Source: Wolbachia endosymbiont of Ctenocephalides felis wCfeF (GTDB lineage Bacteria; Pseudomonadota; Alphaproteobacteria; Rickettsiales; Anaplasmataceae). Taken from it: 64,000 nucleotides of DNA. Each line of letters starts with the position of its first letter. Within the stretch, counting starts at the first letter, position 1. The stretch is from NCBI GenBank assembly GCA_028571325.1, contig CP116767.1, positions 89,150-153,149 of the forward strand, written 5' to 3'. Made by a program: the position numbers and the translations under genes. Positions 41,861-51,239 of this stretch are shown here, piece after piece. The notes beneath the pieces are model-generated. The model did no database searches. It was not told the origin of the DNA and saw nothing but the letters and a program-made list of their open reading frames with translations.

Positions 41861-41933
41861 TGATCCCGGCGCGAATCGAACGCGCGACCCACTGATTAAA
41901 AGTCAGTTGCTCTACCGGCTGAGCTACGGGATC
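41861..41933 (-). tRNA. tRNA-Lys (anticodon UUU)
   Basis: The reverse complement reads GATCCCG-TA-GCTC-AGCCGGTA-GAGC-A-ACTGA-CTTTTAA-TCAGT-GGGTC-GCGCG-TTCGATT-CGCGC-CGGGATC-A. This is a full cloverleaf with TTT in the anticodon loop; CCA is not encoded. Confidence 0.9.
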
Positions 41934-42125
41934 ATTTCATTTCTCAGTTATATTGAACAGTAATACAGCTTTTATCCGTTTTAATCAAACTAAAATTTTC
42001 ATATGTAGTTAAATAAATTATACAATAGACTTGTTGCATAACCTAAACTAAGCAGAAAAAGGCAATTTACTGTCTGCTACTACCTGCGGATCTCATCCGC
42101 TGACACGTAGCGGGATGATGGTGGC

Positions 42126-42580
42126 TACAAAGGTTTAAGAAATTTACCAAGTGGGGAAAAAAGCAAAAGAAACCCCGGTCGGTGGCTAATTATTTATATG
42201 TACCTCAAATATCGGCGTTTTTATTCTCAGCGCTACGATTCAGCTATTTTTAAATGCAAATAGCCTAAACTGCAAACGTTAAGAAATTTACCAGGCAGGA
42301 AAAAAAGGCAAAAAAACTCTGAGGCAGCTAGTATTCAAATTCTCCCTTGTCTATTTGACGTTCTATACTGTCTTAAACGACTTATAAGCGCGTTTCAGCT
42401 TGTATAGGCAAAAACCAGAAGTTTTAAAAAGACGTAAGGTGCACATAGTGCAAAAATTTAAACATGAGACGCCAAATACCCTAAGTTTTTTGTCATTAAC
42501 CTGCACAGATTGCGAAGATAAACAAATAGCTTCAATACTATAATAAAAGGATCGGTAGAGTTTGTCAAGTAGTTTTTTGT
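42126..42580 (+). repeat. composite repeat R, copy 4 (type a)
   Basis: See R2; same block order and near-identical core. Confidence 0.88.
42540..42568 (-). promoter_or_regulatory. promoter motif at the end of R4, pointing toward tRNA-Lys/nuoF
   Basis: Minus strand: TTGACA (42568-42563), then 17 nt, then TATTAT (42545-42540). Confidence 0.45.
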
Positions 42581-42741
42581 TTCTAGCGAAACTCAACACT
42601 AGCTTGTAAATGGTTGTTCTTGCTTTCGCTGTTTTGCTCTTGAAAAGATTATGAATAGGTTCTTAGGGTTATTGAAAGTAATAAACTCCTTTATTTAAGA
42701 CCGAAGTTTTGCTATTCTCGCATTTTAATAATTTAAAATTA

Positions 42742-44376
42742 ATGAATATAAACAAGAACGAGTTTTTATTTCTTCCACTTGGAGGAGTAGGCAGAATTGG
42801 GATGAATGTAAGCCTATATCATTACCAAGGTAAGTGGATTATGATTGACCTTGGCATTGGTTTTGCCGATGAAACTATGCCAGGCATTGAGCTATTAATC
42901 GCTGATGTGAACTTTATTGCTCAAAGAAAACAGGATTTGCTTGGAATAATAATTACGCATGCGCATGAAGACCACTGCGGTGCAGTGCCTTATTTGTGGG
43001 AAGAGTTGCAATGTCCCGTATATACAACAAAGTTCACGGTTAATTTTCTCAAGGAGAAACTAAGGGAGTTTCGGCTAGAAGGCATGGTACCTGTGAAAGA
43101 GGTGGACATAAACGGTAGCATAAATTTAGATCCTTTCACCGTTGAGTTTATAAACGTAACTCACTCAATTCCTGAAGCACATTCAATATTGGTTAGCACT
43201 GATGTAGGTAGCGCACTTCATACTGGTGATTGGAAATTTGATCCAAAACCTGTTGTTGGTTTAACTTCTAACATAAGTCGTTTAAAAGAAATTGGCGATA
43301 AAGGTGACCTGCTTGCAGCAATTTGCGATTCAACAAACATATTGAGCAAACATAATCCTGAATCAGAAGGTGAGATTTATAACAATATCTATAACATAAT
43401 AAGACGGTCTAAAAAGCTAGTTGCTGTGTCGCTTTTTGCTTCAAACGTGGCGCGAATTGAAACAATAAGCCAAGCTGCAAAGGCGCTGGGCAGAAAAGTA
43501 GTTCTACTTGGAAGGTCTTTATGGAGAATAGTAAAAGTTGCACAAGATAGTGGGTATTTAACCAATTCTGTTGAATTTTGTGAAGCAAAAGATGTAGCAG
43601 ATTTGCCAAGGGAAAAGCTATTATTGATCTGCACTGGTTGTCAAGGTGAGCCAATGGCAGCAACCTCAAAACTTGCTAATAAGAATCATCATGCATTTAA
43701 AATGCAACAGGGTGATACAATAATTTTTTCGTCAAAAATCATCCCTGGCAATGAAACTCGTGCACACAGTATGTTCAACGCCTTTATCGAAATGGGCGTG
43801 GAGGTTATCATTGATAAAATGGAGCATGTTCATGCCTCTGGACATCCAGTAAAAGCAGAGCTAAAGGAAATGTATTCTTTGATAAAACCTAGAATGTCTA
43901 TTCCAGTTCATGGTGAGTATATTCACACGCATGCACATGTAAAATTTGCTAAAGAGTGCGGTGTGGAAAAAGCAATAATGATTGCACCAGGTGATATCGT
44001 TAATTTGGAAAGCGGAGAAAAGGTTGATTCAATTGATGTTGACTACTTTGGTGTTGACGGTATGTTGCTACGTTATCCAGAGAGTGGTGTTATAAAAATG
44101 CGTAAGAAAATGAGAGATGCTGGAGCTGTTGTAGTGACAGCAATTGTCAACAAGAAAAATAAATTGCTTGCTAAACCAAAGGTATTTGCACCTGGCGTTT
44201 TCGAAGCGTCAGAAGATGCAGCTATTATACAGAGGATTATAAAAACGGTTGAGTCAGCGTTTAGTTTACAGTCGACAAAAAAAATAAGAAATAAGATTGA
44301 GAGCTCAATATTCAGTATCTTAAAGGAATATTTACTAAAAAGGCCTATAATTGAGGTCCAAATAGAACAGGTATGA
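42742..44376 (+). CDS. rnj: ribonuclease J (metallo-beta-lactamase/beta-CASP)
   Basis: FLPLGGVGRIGMN, ITHAHEDHCGAVPYL, and later HASGH and VHGE motifs. Start is taken at MNINKNEF (42742). Confidence 0.88.
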   Translation: MNINKNEFLFLPLGGVGRIGMNVSLYHYQGKWIMIDLGIGFADETMPGIELLIADVNFIAQRKQDLLGIIITHAHEDHCGAVPYLWEELQCPVYTTKFTVNFLKEKLREFRLEGMVPVKEVDINGSINLDPFTVEFINVTHSIPEAHSILVSTDVGSALHTGDWKFDPKPVVGLTSNISRLKEIGDKGDLLAAICDSTNILSKHNPESEGEIYNNIYNIIRRSKKLVAVSLFASNVARIETISQAAKALGRKVVLLGRSLWRIVKVAQDSGYLTNSVEFCEAKDVADLPREKLLLICTGCQGEPMAATSKLANKNHHAFKMQQGDTIIFSSKIIPGNETRAHSMFNAFIEMGVEVIIDKMEHVHASGHPVKAELKEMYSLIKPRMSIPVHGEYIHTHAHVKFAKECGVEKAIMIAPGDIVNLESGEKVDSIDVDYFGVDGMLLRYPESGVIKMRKKMRDAGAVVVTAIVNKKNKLLAKPKVFAPGVFEASEDAAIIQRIIKTVESAFSLQSTKKIRNKIESSIFSILKEYLLKRPIIEVQIEQV

Positions 44377-44381
44377 AATGA

Positions 44382-45662
44382 ATGAAGGTGCTCGTTCAGC
44401 TAATATTACTTCTTTCGTTATTTCTTCCTTATTTTGCTAAAGCTGCTTTGTATGTTGACATAAGGGAAAACACTGTTGGTAATATTAGCCTTGTTGTGTC
44501 CAAATGTGCATGTAAAACAGAGCTGGAGAGCGAATTAAGCGAAAGCATCACAAGGATAATTGAGGCAAATTTATCCAATTGTGGCCTATTTAATGTAAAA
44601 CGTGGCACAGAAACTGAAATCACGTCGTACAAACCATGGGGCGATACGCTGGCTACAGTAAGTTTAAGTGAAGTATCAGATAGAGCCTTAGAGTTATCGT
44701 TACACTTGTTTGATGCTTTCACAAAAAGGGAGTTGTTTACTCATTCGGTTGTTTTTTCGGCAAAAGACTGGAGAAAAATTGCCCATTTTGTTTCAGATGT
44801 GATACATGATAGACTAACTGGTGAGAAAGGGCATTTTAACACGAAGATAGCGTACATAGCCGAAGAAAAAGATAGTAATTACAAATCCATACGCAGAATT
44901 GCTGTTATGAATCAAGATGGAAGTGATATAAAATACTTAACAAATGGCGACAAATTTGTGTCAACACCAAGGTTTGCACCAAGTGGAGATAGTATTGTTT
45001 ACATCTCATATCTGGATGGTAGAAGCTACATAATATTGAAGAATCTGAAAGATAATACTGAGTCAATAATTAGTGCCTTCGAGGGGGTAATCTCTGCTCC
45101 GAGATTTTCTCCTGACGGAAAATCTCTTTTGATCTCCCACTCATCTAATGGTGAAACAAATATATTGTCTCTAGATTTGAACAGTAAGCACACGAAAAAA
45201 ATCACTAGAAGTTCGGCTATAAGCACTTCTCCCTCTTTTTCTCCAGATCAGAAATATATGGTCTTTAGTTCTGATATAAGTGGAAGTCAGCAGCTATATA
45301 TCATCGATTTCACAAAAAAAAATAAAAAGCCTAAGAGAATTAGTTTTGGAAGTGGAAAGTATGCCACACCTGTTTGGTCGCCAAATGGGGATCTTATAGC
45401 TTTTACAAAGATCCAATCGGGGAAATTTTATATAGGAGTTATGAAGCCAGATGGCAAAGGAGAACGTCTACTTTCAGAGGGACATAAAATCGAATCCCCA
45501 GCATGGCTTCCAAATGGCAGGGGTATCATCTTTACAAAAACAGAATCACCAAGCGACTCTAAGCTATATTCGGTAGACTTAGTAAAGAGGAATCACAAAA
45601 TAATTTCTACCCCAACAAATGCCTATTTGCCAGATTGGTCGCATCCGCCTCTGGTGAAGTAG
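44382..45662 (+). CDS. tolB: Tol-Pal system beta-propeller protein TolB
   Basis: Signal peptide, then repeated ..P.FSPDG..(I/L).(F/Y).S propeller blades (PRFAPSGDSIVY, PRFSPDGKSLL, PSFSPDQKYMVF, PVWSPNGDLIAF, PAWLPNGRGIIF). Confidence 0.9.
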   Translation: MKVLVQLILLLSLFLPYFAKAALYVDIRENTVGNISLVVSKCACKTELESELSESITRIIEANLSNCGLFNVKRGTETEITSYKPWGDTLATVSLSEVSDRALELSLHLFDAFTKRELFTHSVVFSAKDWRKIAHFVSDVIHDRLTGEKGHFNTKIAYIAEEKDSNYKSIRRIAVMNQDGSDIKYLTNGDKFVSTPRFAPSGDSIVYISYLDGRSYIILKNLKDNTESIISAFEGVISAPRFSPDGKSLLISHSSNGETNILSLDLNSKHTKKITRSSAISTSPSFSPDQKYMVFSSDISGSQQLYIIDFTKKNKKPKRISFGSGKYATPVWSPNGDLIAFTKIQSGKFYIGVMKPDGKGERLLSEGHKIESPAWLPNGRGIIFTKTESPSDSKLYSVDLVKRNHKIISTPTNAYLPDWSHPPLVK

Positions 45663-45751
45663 AAAAATAGATAGATGGTATGAGTAGGTATTGTTTGGTT
45701 GAGAAAATGAAAAGATAATAACTTTTCAGAGTGAATAGGGGCAACAAAAAC

Positions 45752-46205
45752 AAAAAAAACTACTTGACAACCTTCGTTAGTTCCATTATCATGATATTGG
45801 AGGTATTCAGTTATCTTCATCTGTGCAGATTAAATGACAGGATTATAACGTAGTTGGCGTCTTATGTTTAATTTTTTGCACTATGTGCACCTTATGTCTT
45901 TATTAATTTCACCTAGACTTCTAGGTTTTTCCCTATACAAGCTGAAACGCGCTTATAAGTCGTTTAAGACAGTATAGTACGCCAATTTGCAGGATTAGAG
46001 AGTGAGCAACTTCTACCACGGGATTCTTTTGTCTTTTTTTCTGCTTAGTAAGTTTCTTAGCGCTTAAGCTAAGGGTCTGTTGCAGTTTAAAAGTCGCTAA
46101 ATTGCAGCGTTTAGGACTTAAAAAAACGCCAATACTGAAAATAAATACCGAACGGGGCCTCTTTTGCTTTTTTTCTCGCTTGGTAAATTTTTTAATATAA
46201 TTGCA
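45752..46205 (-). repeat. composite repeat R, copy 5 (type b), inverted orientation
   Basis: Reverse complement is collinear with R6 and R3 across all blocks. Confidence 0.88.
45764..45792 (+). promoter_or_regulatory. promoter motif at the end of R5
   Basis: Plus strand: TTGACA (45764-45769), then 17 nt, then TATCAT (45787-45792). Confidence 0.45.
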
Positions 46206-46310
46206 ATACAAGATGAGGCTTGGGTTCTTAGGCCAATACATCCGAACAAAAAGATTGAATATTTCTTCAGAATTGTGTATAATTCTTAATACTTTTTAAG
46301 TGAATCTCTC

Positions 46311-47214
46311 ATGGCTTTATCAAAATTTCTCAATCCAAAACTGGACTTAACATTCAAAAGAATATTTGGTAACGAGGGAAATAAGAATATCCTTATTCAC
46401 TTTCTTAATGATATTTTAGGATTTACTGGCTATACAAGAAGTTGAGTTTCTCAGCACCATTATGGATCCTGAAATTGCCTCCGATAAGCAAAGTATTGTT
46501 GATGTTCTCTGCAAAGACTCTATTGGAAATAGATTTGTCATCGAAATGCAGCTCGCTCGCGATAAAGGCTTCGAAAAACGCGCTCAGCTATACGCAGCTA
46601 AAGCTTATTCAAGGCAGGTTGGGAAAGGTGGCGAGTACATCGATTTAAAGACAGTATTCTTTATTGCCATCTCTAATAATATCCTGTTTCCTGAGGAAGT
46701 TAAGTATATTTCTACTCATAATATACGAGAGGTAAAAACTAATGGACATTACCTGAAAGGTTTTCAATTTGTGTTCATTGAATTACCTAAATTCAAAAAA
46801 GACAAAGTGGAACAGTTGGAAAGTACAGTAGAGCGCTGGTGCTTTTTTTTCAAACATGCAGAAGATACTACAGATAAAGACCTAAAAGACATAGCAGAAA
46901 AATCTCCGATAATAAATCTAGCGTATGATGAGTTAAACAAGGAACGCTGGAGTGAGAAAGATCTGGTGGCATACGAAGAAAGGTTAATGGATCTACGGAA
47001 AGAAGAGGCCATCATTGCGTACAGACTTGATACTGCTAAAGAAGAAGGTAGAAAAAAAGGCATTCAAATCGGCGAAGAAAGAGGAGAAAAACACGCTAAA
47101 ATAGCTGTGGCAAAAAACCTACTTAAAGCTGGCGTATCTGTTGACTTGATAGCTGAATCTACTGGTCTTCCTAGAGCTGAAATTGTGCAACTCAAAGAGG
47201 AAGTCACGAGTTAA
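46311..47214 (+). pseudogene. Rpn-family recombination-promoting nuclease / PD-(D/E)XK putative transposase, frameshifted
   Basis: MALSKFLNPKLDLTFKRIFGNEGNKNILIHFLNDILGFTG (frame 3, stop at 46443-46445) continues as AIQEVEFLSTIMDPEIASDKQSIVDVLCKD..RFVIEMQ in frame 1 from ~46429. One frameshift lies near 46427. Confidence 0.75.
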
Positions 47215-47240
47215 CCGCTTAGCTACCAATATATTTTGAA

Positions 47241-47381
47241 GTAAGCCACCCACGGGGCTTCTCTTGCTTTTTTCTCATTTGATAAATTTCTTAAATATCT
47301 ATTACTAAAGTAGTATCTTGGATCCCAGATACAAGAGTTACGCGCTGGGATGACAAGGAGAAGGGCTACTTAGATGGCACC
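47241..47381. repeat. fragment of an R subunit (inverted) plus a degenerate palindromic element
   Basis: cacggggcttctcttgcttttttctcatttgataaatttcttaaatat is the reverse of the ttaagaaattta...gcaa.agaagccccg subunit. It is followed by ggatcccagat...gcgctgggatgacaagg. Confidence 0.6.
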
Positions 47382-47398
47382 AACATTGTGCATCCATT

Positions 47399-48406
47399 CT
47401 ACTGTGACGCAGAGTCTATAAGGCTGACATTCCGTACGTCCATGAAAAATAAACCTTCTTTCTCGTCTTGAATGCCGATGGTAGTGTGGGTGTTAAGAGG
47501 TAAGGGATCGTTTGTATACCCATGGCCTATTCCTTGAATTGTGAACACCGGAAAGTTGACACTTTTCGCAAATCTCTTTTTTACAGCTTCAACGAGGTTA
47601 TCGTTGCCGGAGTCAATAAAATTGCCAAAAATTACTACCTGCACTCCATCGAAAATATGAGCTTGTTTTAGGTGATCTAAACTGCGTTCCATTGCGTATG
47701 GATAAACTCTTATGTCTTCCAAAAATAAAATTTTGCCTTTTGCATTTACTTGCCAAGCAGTTCCTACGCTATTTTCAACTAAAGTCATGTTACCACCAAC
47801 AATTTTAGATTCTAACCTGCCGTTTTTTAGTTTAATACCATTGTCGATTATTTTTAAATTATCGAATCTAATATAGCTGCGTTTGTTCAAAATTAACTCT
47901 TTTAATTTTTCAACAGAGCTCTCAGAAACGGAGTTATTTACTATCATTTCCAACATGGTACCGTGAAGGGTTTGCCAATCGTATTTAGCTTGTAGATAGA
48001 TGTGCAAGGCAGTGATATCGCTATAGCCTATGAGAATTTTTTTATTTTGGGCAATTCTTTCTTTTTTATCATTGGACAATCTCTCTAGATAAGGAATTAA
48101 CCGAGAAGCTCCCGTTCCTCCTCTAATGCACCAAATTATTTTGCTATCGTCGGTTAAGGCACTAATCAAATCATTTGCTCTAAATTCATCGGAGTTAGAG
48201 TAGAATGGATTATCGTTACTGTATGTTTTCTCCGAAATATGGGGATAAAAACCCAAGGCTTCTACATATTCTTTTATAGTAGGTAGATCTGACTCTTTCC
48301 CCTTCGAAGAAGGAGCAATAATATCAACTTGGTCAATTGCACAGACACCCGTGTTAATACACAAAACAAGGATGAAGTATAAAATGTAAACAATAATGGA
48401 GTGCAT
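47399..48406 (-). CDS. ldcA: LD-carboxypeptidase (peptidase S66, muramoyltetrapeptide carboxypeptidase)
   Basis: WCIRGGTGASRLIPYL, GYSDITALH, and a C-terminal GHG..N.PLP pattern after a signal-like N-terminus. Confidence 0.8.
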   Translation of the reverse strand: MHSIIVYILYFILVLCINTGVCAIDQVDIIAPSSKGKESDLPTIKEYVEALGFYPHISEKTYSNDNPFYSNSDEFRANDLISALTDDSKIIWCIRGGTGASRLIPYLERLSNDKKERIAQNKKILIGYSDITALHIYLQAKYDWQTLHGTMLEMIVNNSVSESSVEKLKELILNKRSYIRFDNLKIIDNGIKLKNGRLESKIVGGNMTLVENSVGTAWQVNAKGKILFLEDIRVYPYAMERSLDHLKQAHIFDGVQVVIFGNFIDSGNDNLVEAVKKRFAKSVNFPVFTIQGIGHGYTNDPLPLNTHTTIGIQDEKEGLFFMDVRNVSLIDSASQ

Positions 48407-49023
48407 TAAAATATCTTATAAAACTCTTTTTTTAGTATGTCGTCCAATTCAGAAAGTGAAACTTCAACTCCTAGTTCTTTCATTGATGTAACACCATAAT
48501 CTTTCAGCCCGCAAGGAATAATGCCTCTGTAGTGAGAAAGATCTGGAGAGACGTTAAGTGCTATGCCATGGTAAGTTATCCATTTTCTTATACGAATGCC
48601 AAAAGCTGCTATTTTTTCTTCTACTCCATTTTTATTCACCCAAATACCTATTCTCTCTTCTTTGAATTCTCCAAATATATTGAAGTGCTTTAAAACATTT
48701 ATGATCCAATTGCTTAGATCCCTGATATATAGCTTTATATTGCATTTATTTCTTTTTCTGAGATCCAACATTAAATATATAATGCGCTGCCCTGGGCCAT
48801 GGTATGTGTATTTACCACCCCTGCCTGTTTTATATATAGGAAATAATTTTTCAACAATGTCATCATCTGTTGCACTAATCCCTGCTGTGTAAAGTGGAGG
48901 GTGCTGGAGCAGCCATACTAACTCATCAGATAAACTATCGTAAATTCTTTGAATTTTTGCTTCCATGAATTTTACAGCATGGTTATAATCGATAAGTTGG
49001 TTAGATATTAGCCACTTTATCAT
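48406..49023 (-). CDS. lipB: lipoyl(octanoyl) transferase
   Basis: LLQHPPLYTAG, GRGGKYTYHGPGQ, KIAAFGIRIRKWITYHG, PCG. Its stop overlaps the ldcA ATG (TAATG). Confidence 0.9.
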   Translation of the reverse strand: MIKWLISNQLIDYNHAVKFMEAKIQRIYDSLSDELVWLLQHPPLYTAGISATDDDIVEKLFPIYKTGRGGKYTYHGPGQRIIYLMLDLRKRNKCNIKLYIRDLSNWIINVLKHFNIFGEFKEERIGIWVNKNGVEEKIAAFGIRIRKWITYHGIALNVSPDLSHYRGIIPCGLKDYGVTSMKELGVEVSLSELDDILKKEFYKIF

Positions 49024-49268
49024 GTTCTGTTTCTTTGCTATTTAAATCTGTTGATGCTATCCCAATGCTTAACACTAACCACAGTTTTCTTTATTCCTAA
49101 TGATATCTTGTAATACTATATTAACTTCTGTGCCATTAGCAAAATGGCAAATTTTTAGTTATTTGTCAACACAGGTGCATAAAATCCTCTTTACATATAG
49201 GTAACTTCTTTTATTGAAAAATTCAGGAAAATGTTGTATAATTGTTGTAGTAGGTTTTGGTAAAACAT

Positions 49269-49484
49269 ATGACAGACTCAAGATTCAGCATAACTTTTAA
49301 CAATGAAATTTCAGAGTATCTTGTTGAGTTGGCTAGAATAAAAAACCAGTCCATTCAAGATCTGGCACAAGAGCTAATGCAAGAAGCAATTGAAATTGAG
49401 AAGGAAGATATGGCACTAGCTGAGCTTGCTGCTAAACGCTCAGGTGCAGAAAGAGTTAAGCTTGAAGATGTTAAGTGGGAATAA
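49269..49484 (+). CDS. type II antitoxin, ribbon-helix-helix (RelB/ParD/CopG-like)
   Basis: 71 aa with N-terminal beta-strand FSITFNNEISEYLVELA followed by acidic helices. It overlaps the start of a RelE/ParE-type reading frame by 10 nt. Confidence 0.6.
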   Translation: MTDSRFSITFNNEISEYLVELARIKNQSIQDLAQELMQEAIEIEKEDMALAELAAKRSGAERVKLEDVKWE

Positions 49485-49743
49485 AGCCCTACAAAATTGA
49501 ATTTCTAAAGGATGTTACAGAAACGGATCTTCCAGCTCTCCCAAAAACAATAAGATTGAGAGTTGAAAAGCCATAAAAGAGCGCCTGACAGTTAATCCTG
49601 ACAAAATAGGAAAGTCTTTGTCATACAAATTTAAAGGATCTCGTAGAATGCGAGTAGGTGATTATCGTGTGATTTATGAAATAGATAATATAGAACATAT
49701 GGTAGTGGTTAGTGCAATAAGACATAGGAAAGATAGTTACTAG
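49475..49743 (+). pseudogene. RelE/ParE-family toxin, inactivated by a 1-nt frameshift
   Basis: Frame A reads VGIKPYKIEFLKDVTETDLPALPKTIRLRVEKP then a stop at 49574. Frame B from 49573 reads IKERLTVNPDKIGKSLSYKFKGSRRMRVGDYRVIYEIDNIEHMVVVSAIRHRKDSY, then a stop. The two join cleanly if one G is restored in gaaaag(g)ccat. Confidence 0.75.
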
Positions 49744-49958
49744 TATATACAGCACTCCCTCCTGATCCATTCTCTACCTTAGGTGGCTTCGCTCAGCTCA
49801 GAAAAAATCATTTTTTTGACCGTTCCCTCCTGCCTTTCACTACTGTGTAGAGATTGTTTTCAAACATGATGTTCATATGTGTGATACCAATTTATATAAT
49901 TCCACCATAATTTCAATTTTTCAACAAATTCAATTTTTTCAACAAACAGGAGGCAAAT

Positions 49959-51143
49959 ATGAATCTCAACATCTTTCAAAGGAGAAAAGCGCATAAATAC
50001 TCTGCTTTGCAGCTCATAATGGAGCCAAGTTGGAGTGAGCGCAGTTATGCGAGTTTTGCTGAGGAAGGCTACGTCAAAAATGTTATTGCCTTTCGAGCAA
50101 TCAACATGATTGCAAATGCTGCATCTTCAGTGCCTTTTATCCTCTACCGGCTTACTAATCAGGGAAAGTCGCAACTAAAAGTCCATCCATTACTGAAGTT
50201 ACTTTATTCTCCCAGCCCAATAACATCAAAATCGGAGTTTATTGAGGGAATTGTAACTCACCGATTAATCAGCGGCAATGCTTATGTGTTGATGATTGAG
50301 CCGAAGAACAATAGAAAACCGCCAACAGAACTCTATCTTCTGCGCCCCGATAGAGTTGAGATTGTTCCTGGAAGGAATAACGTTCCTTATATATACCGCT
50401 ACACTGTGAACAATAACAGTTATGACTTTAGAGTTGATAAGCTAACTGGACGTTCAGCAGTGCTACATCTTAAAACCTTCAATCCTTTGAGTGATTGGTA
50501 TGGACTGTCACCAATTGAGGCAGCAGCATATAGCATAGATCAGCATAACCAAGCTGGTGCTTGGAATCAGGCAATGTTGCAAAATGGGGCGAGACCAAGT
50601 GGTGCAATAGTTGTAAAACCAGCAAAAGATGGGAGCAGTGGAAATTTAAGCCAGGAGCAGTACCAGCGCTTGAAAGAACAGATAAATGATCATTACTCAG
50701 GCTCTGTCAACGCTGGAAGGCCAATATTGCTTGAAGGAGGCTTGGAGTGGAAGGAAATGAGTCTATCGCCAAGAGATATGGATTTTATTGAATCCAAACA
50801 TAGCTCAGCTCGCGATATTGCACTGGCTTTTGGTGTTCCACCGCAGCTGCTTGGCATACCAGGTGACAACACTTACAGCAATTTGGTTGAAGCACGCCTT
50901 TCCCTTTGGGAACAGACGGTTTTACCAACACTGGAAAACATCGTCTGTCACCTAAATTCTTGGCTGACACCAAGATTTGGTGAGGATCTGTGCTTGTCAT
51001 ACGACAAAGATGCAATAGAAATTCTCATGGAAAAGAGGCAAAAGCTGTGGAAATACGTAGAAAACGCAAGCTTCATGACACTCAACGAAAAAAGGGAAGC
51101 ATTTGGCCTGCCGCCGCTGCCGGGTGGTGATGGGTTGGGTTGA
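49959..51143 (+). CDS. phage portal protein (HK97-type size class)
   Basis: 394 aa with NVIAFRAINMIANAASSVPF, LISGNAYV, GLSPIEAAAYSID, RPSGA, DMDF.ESK...ARDIALAFGVPP.LLG: the typical portal pattern. Good SD (aggagg). Confidence 0.8.
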   Translation: MNLNIFQRRKAHKYSALQLIMEPSWSERSYASFAEEGYVKNVIAFRAINMIANAASSVPFILYRLTNQGKSQLKVHPLLKLLYSPSPITSKSEFIEGIVTHRLISGNAYVLMIEPKNNRKPPTELYLLRPDRVEIVPGRNNVPYIYRYTVNNNSYDFRVDKLTGRSAVLHLKTFNPLSDWYGLSPIEAAAYSIDQHNQAGAWNQAMLQNGARPSGAIVVKPAKDGSSGNLSQEQYQRLKEQINDHYSGSVNAGRPILLEGGLEWKEMSLSPRDMDFIESKHSSARDIALAFGVPPQLLGIPGDNTYSNLVEARLSLWEQTVLPTLENIVCHLNSWLTPRFGEDLCLSYDKDAIEILMEKRQKLWKYVENASFMTLNEKREAFGLPPLPGGDGLG

Positions 51144-51239
51144 AGATTTTATACACAATATAAATATAGCAATATTAATAAATATCAAATATTTATGTTG
51201 CATTATTATATTAGTACATTAATAAGTTGGAGGTATTTT

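Noticed and set aside
49911-49945. Direct repeat caatttttcaacaaa / caattttttcaacaaa immediately upstream of the portal gene SD.
   Set aside because: It is too short and AT-rich to distinguish an operator or duplication from chance. It is noted only.
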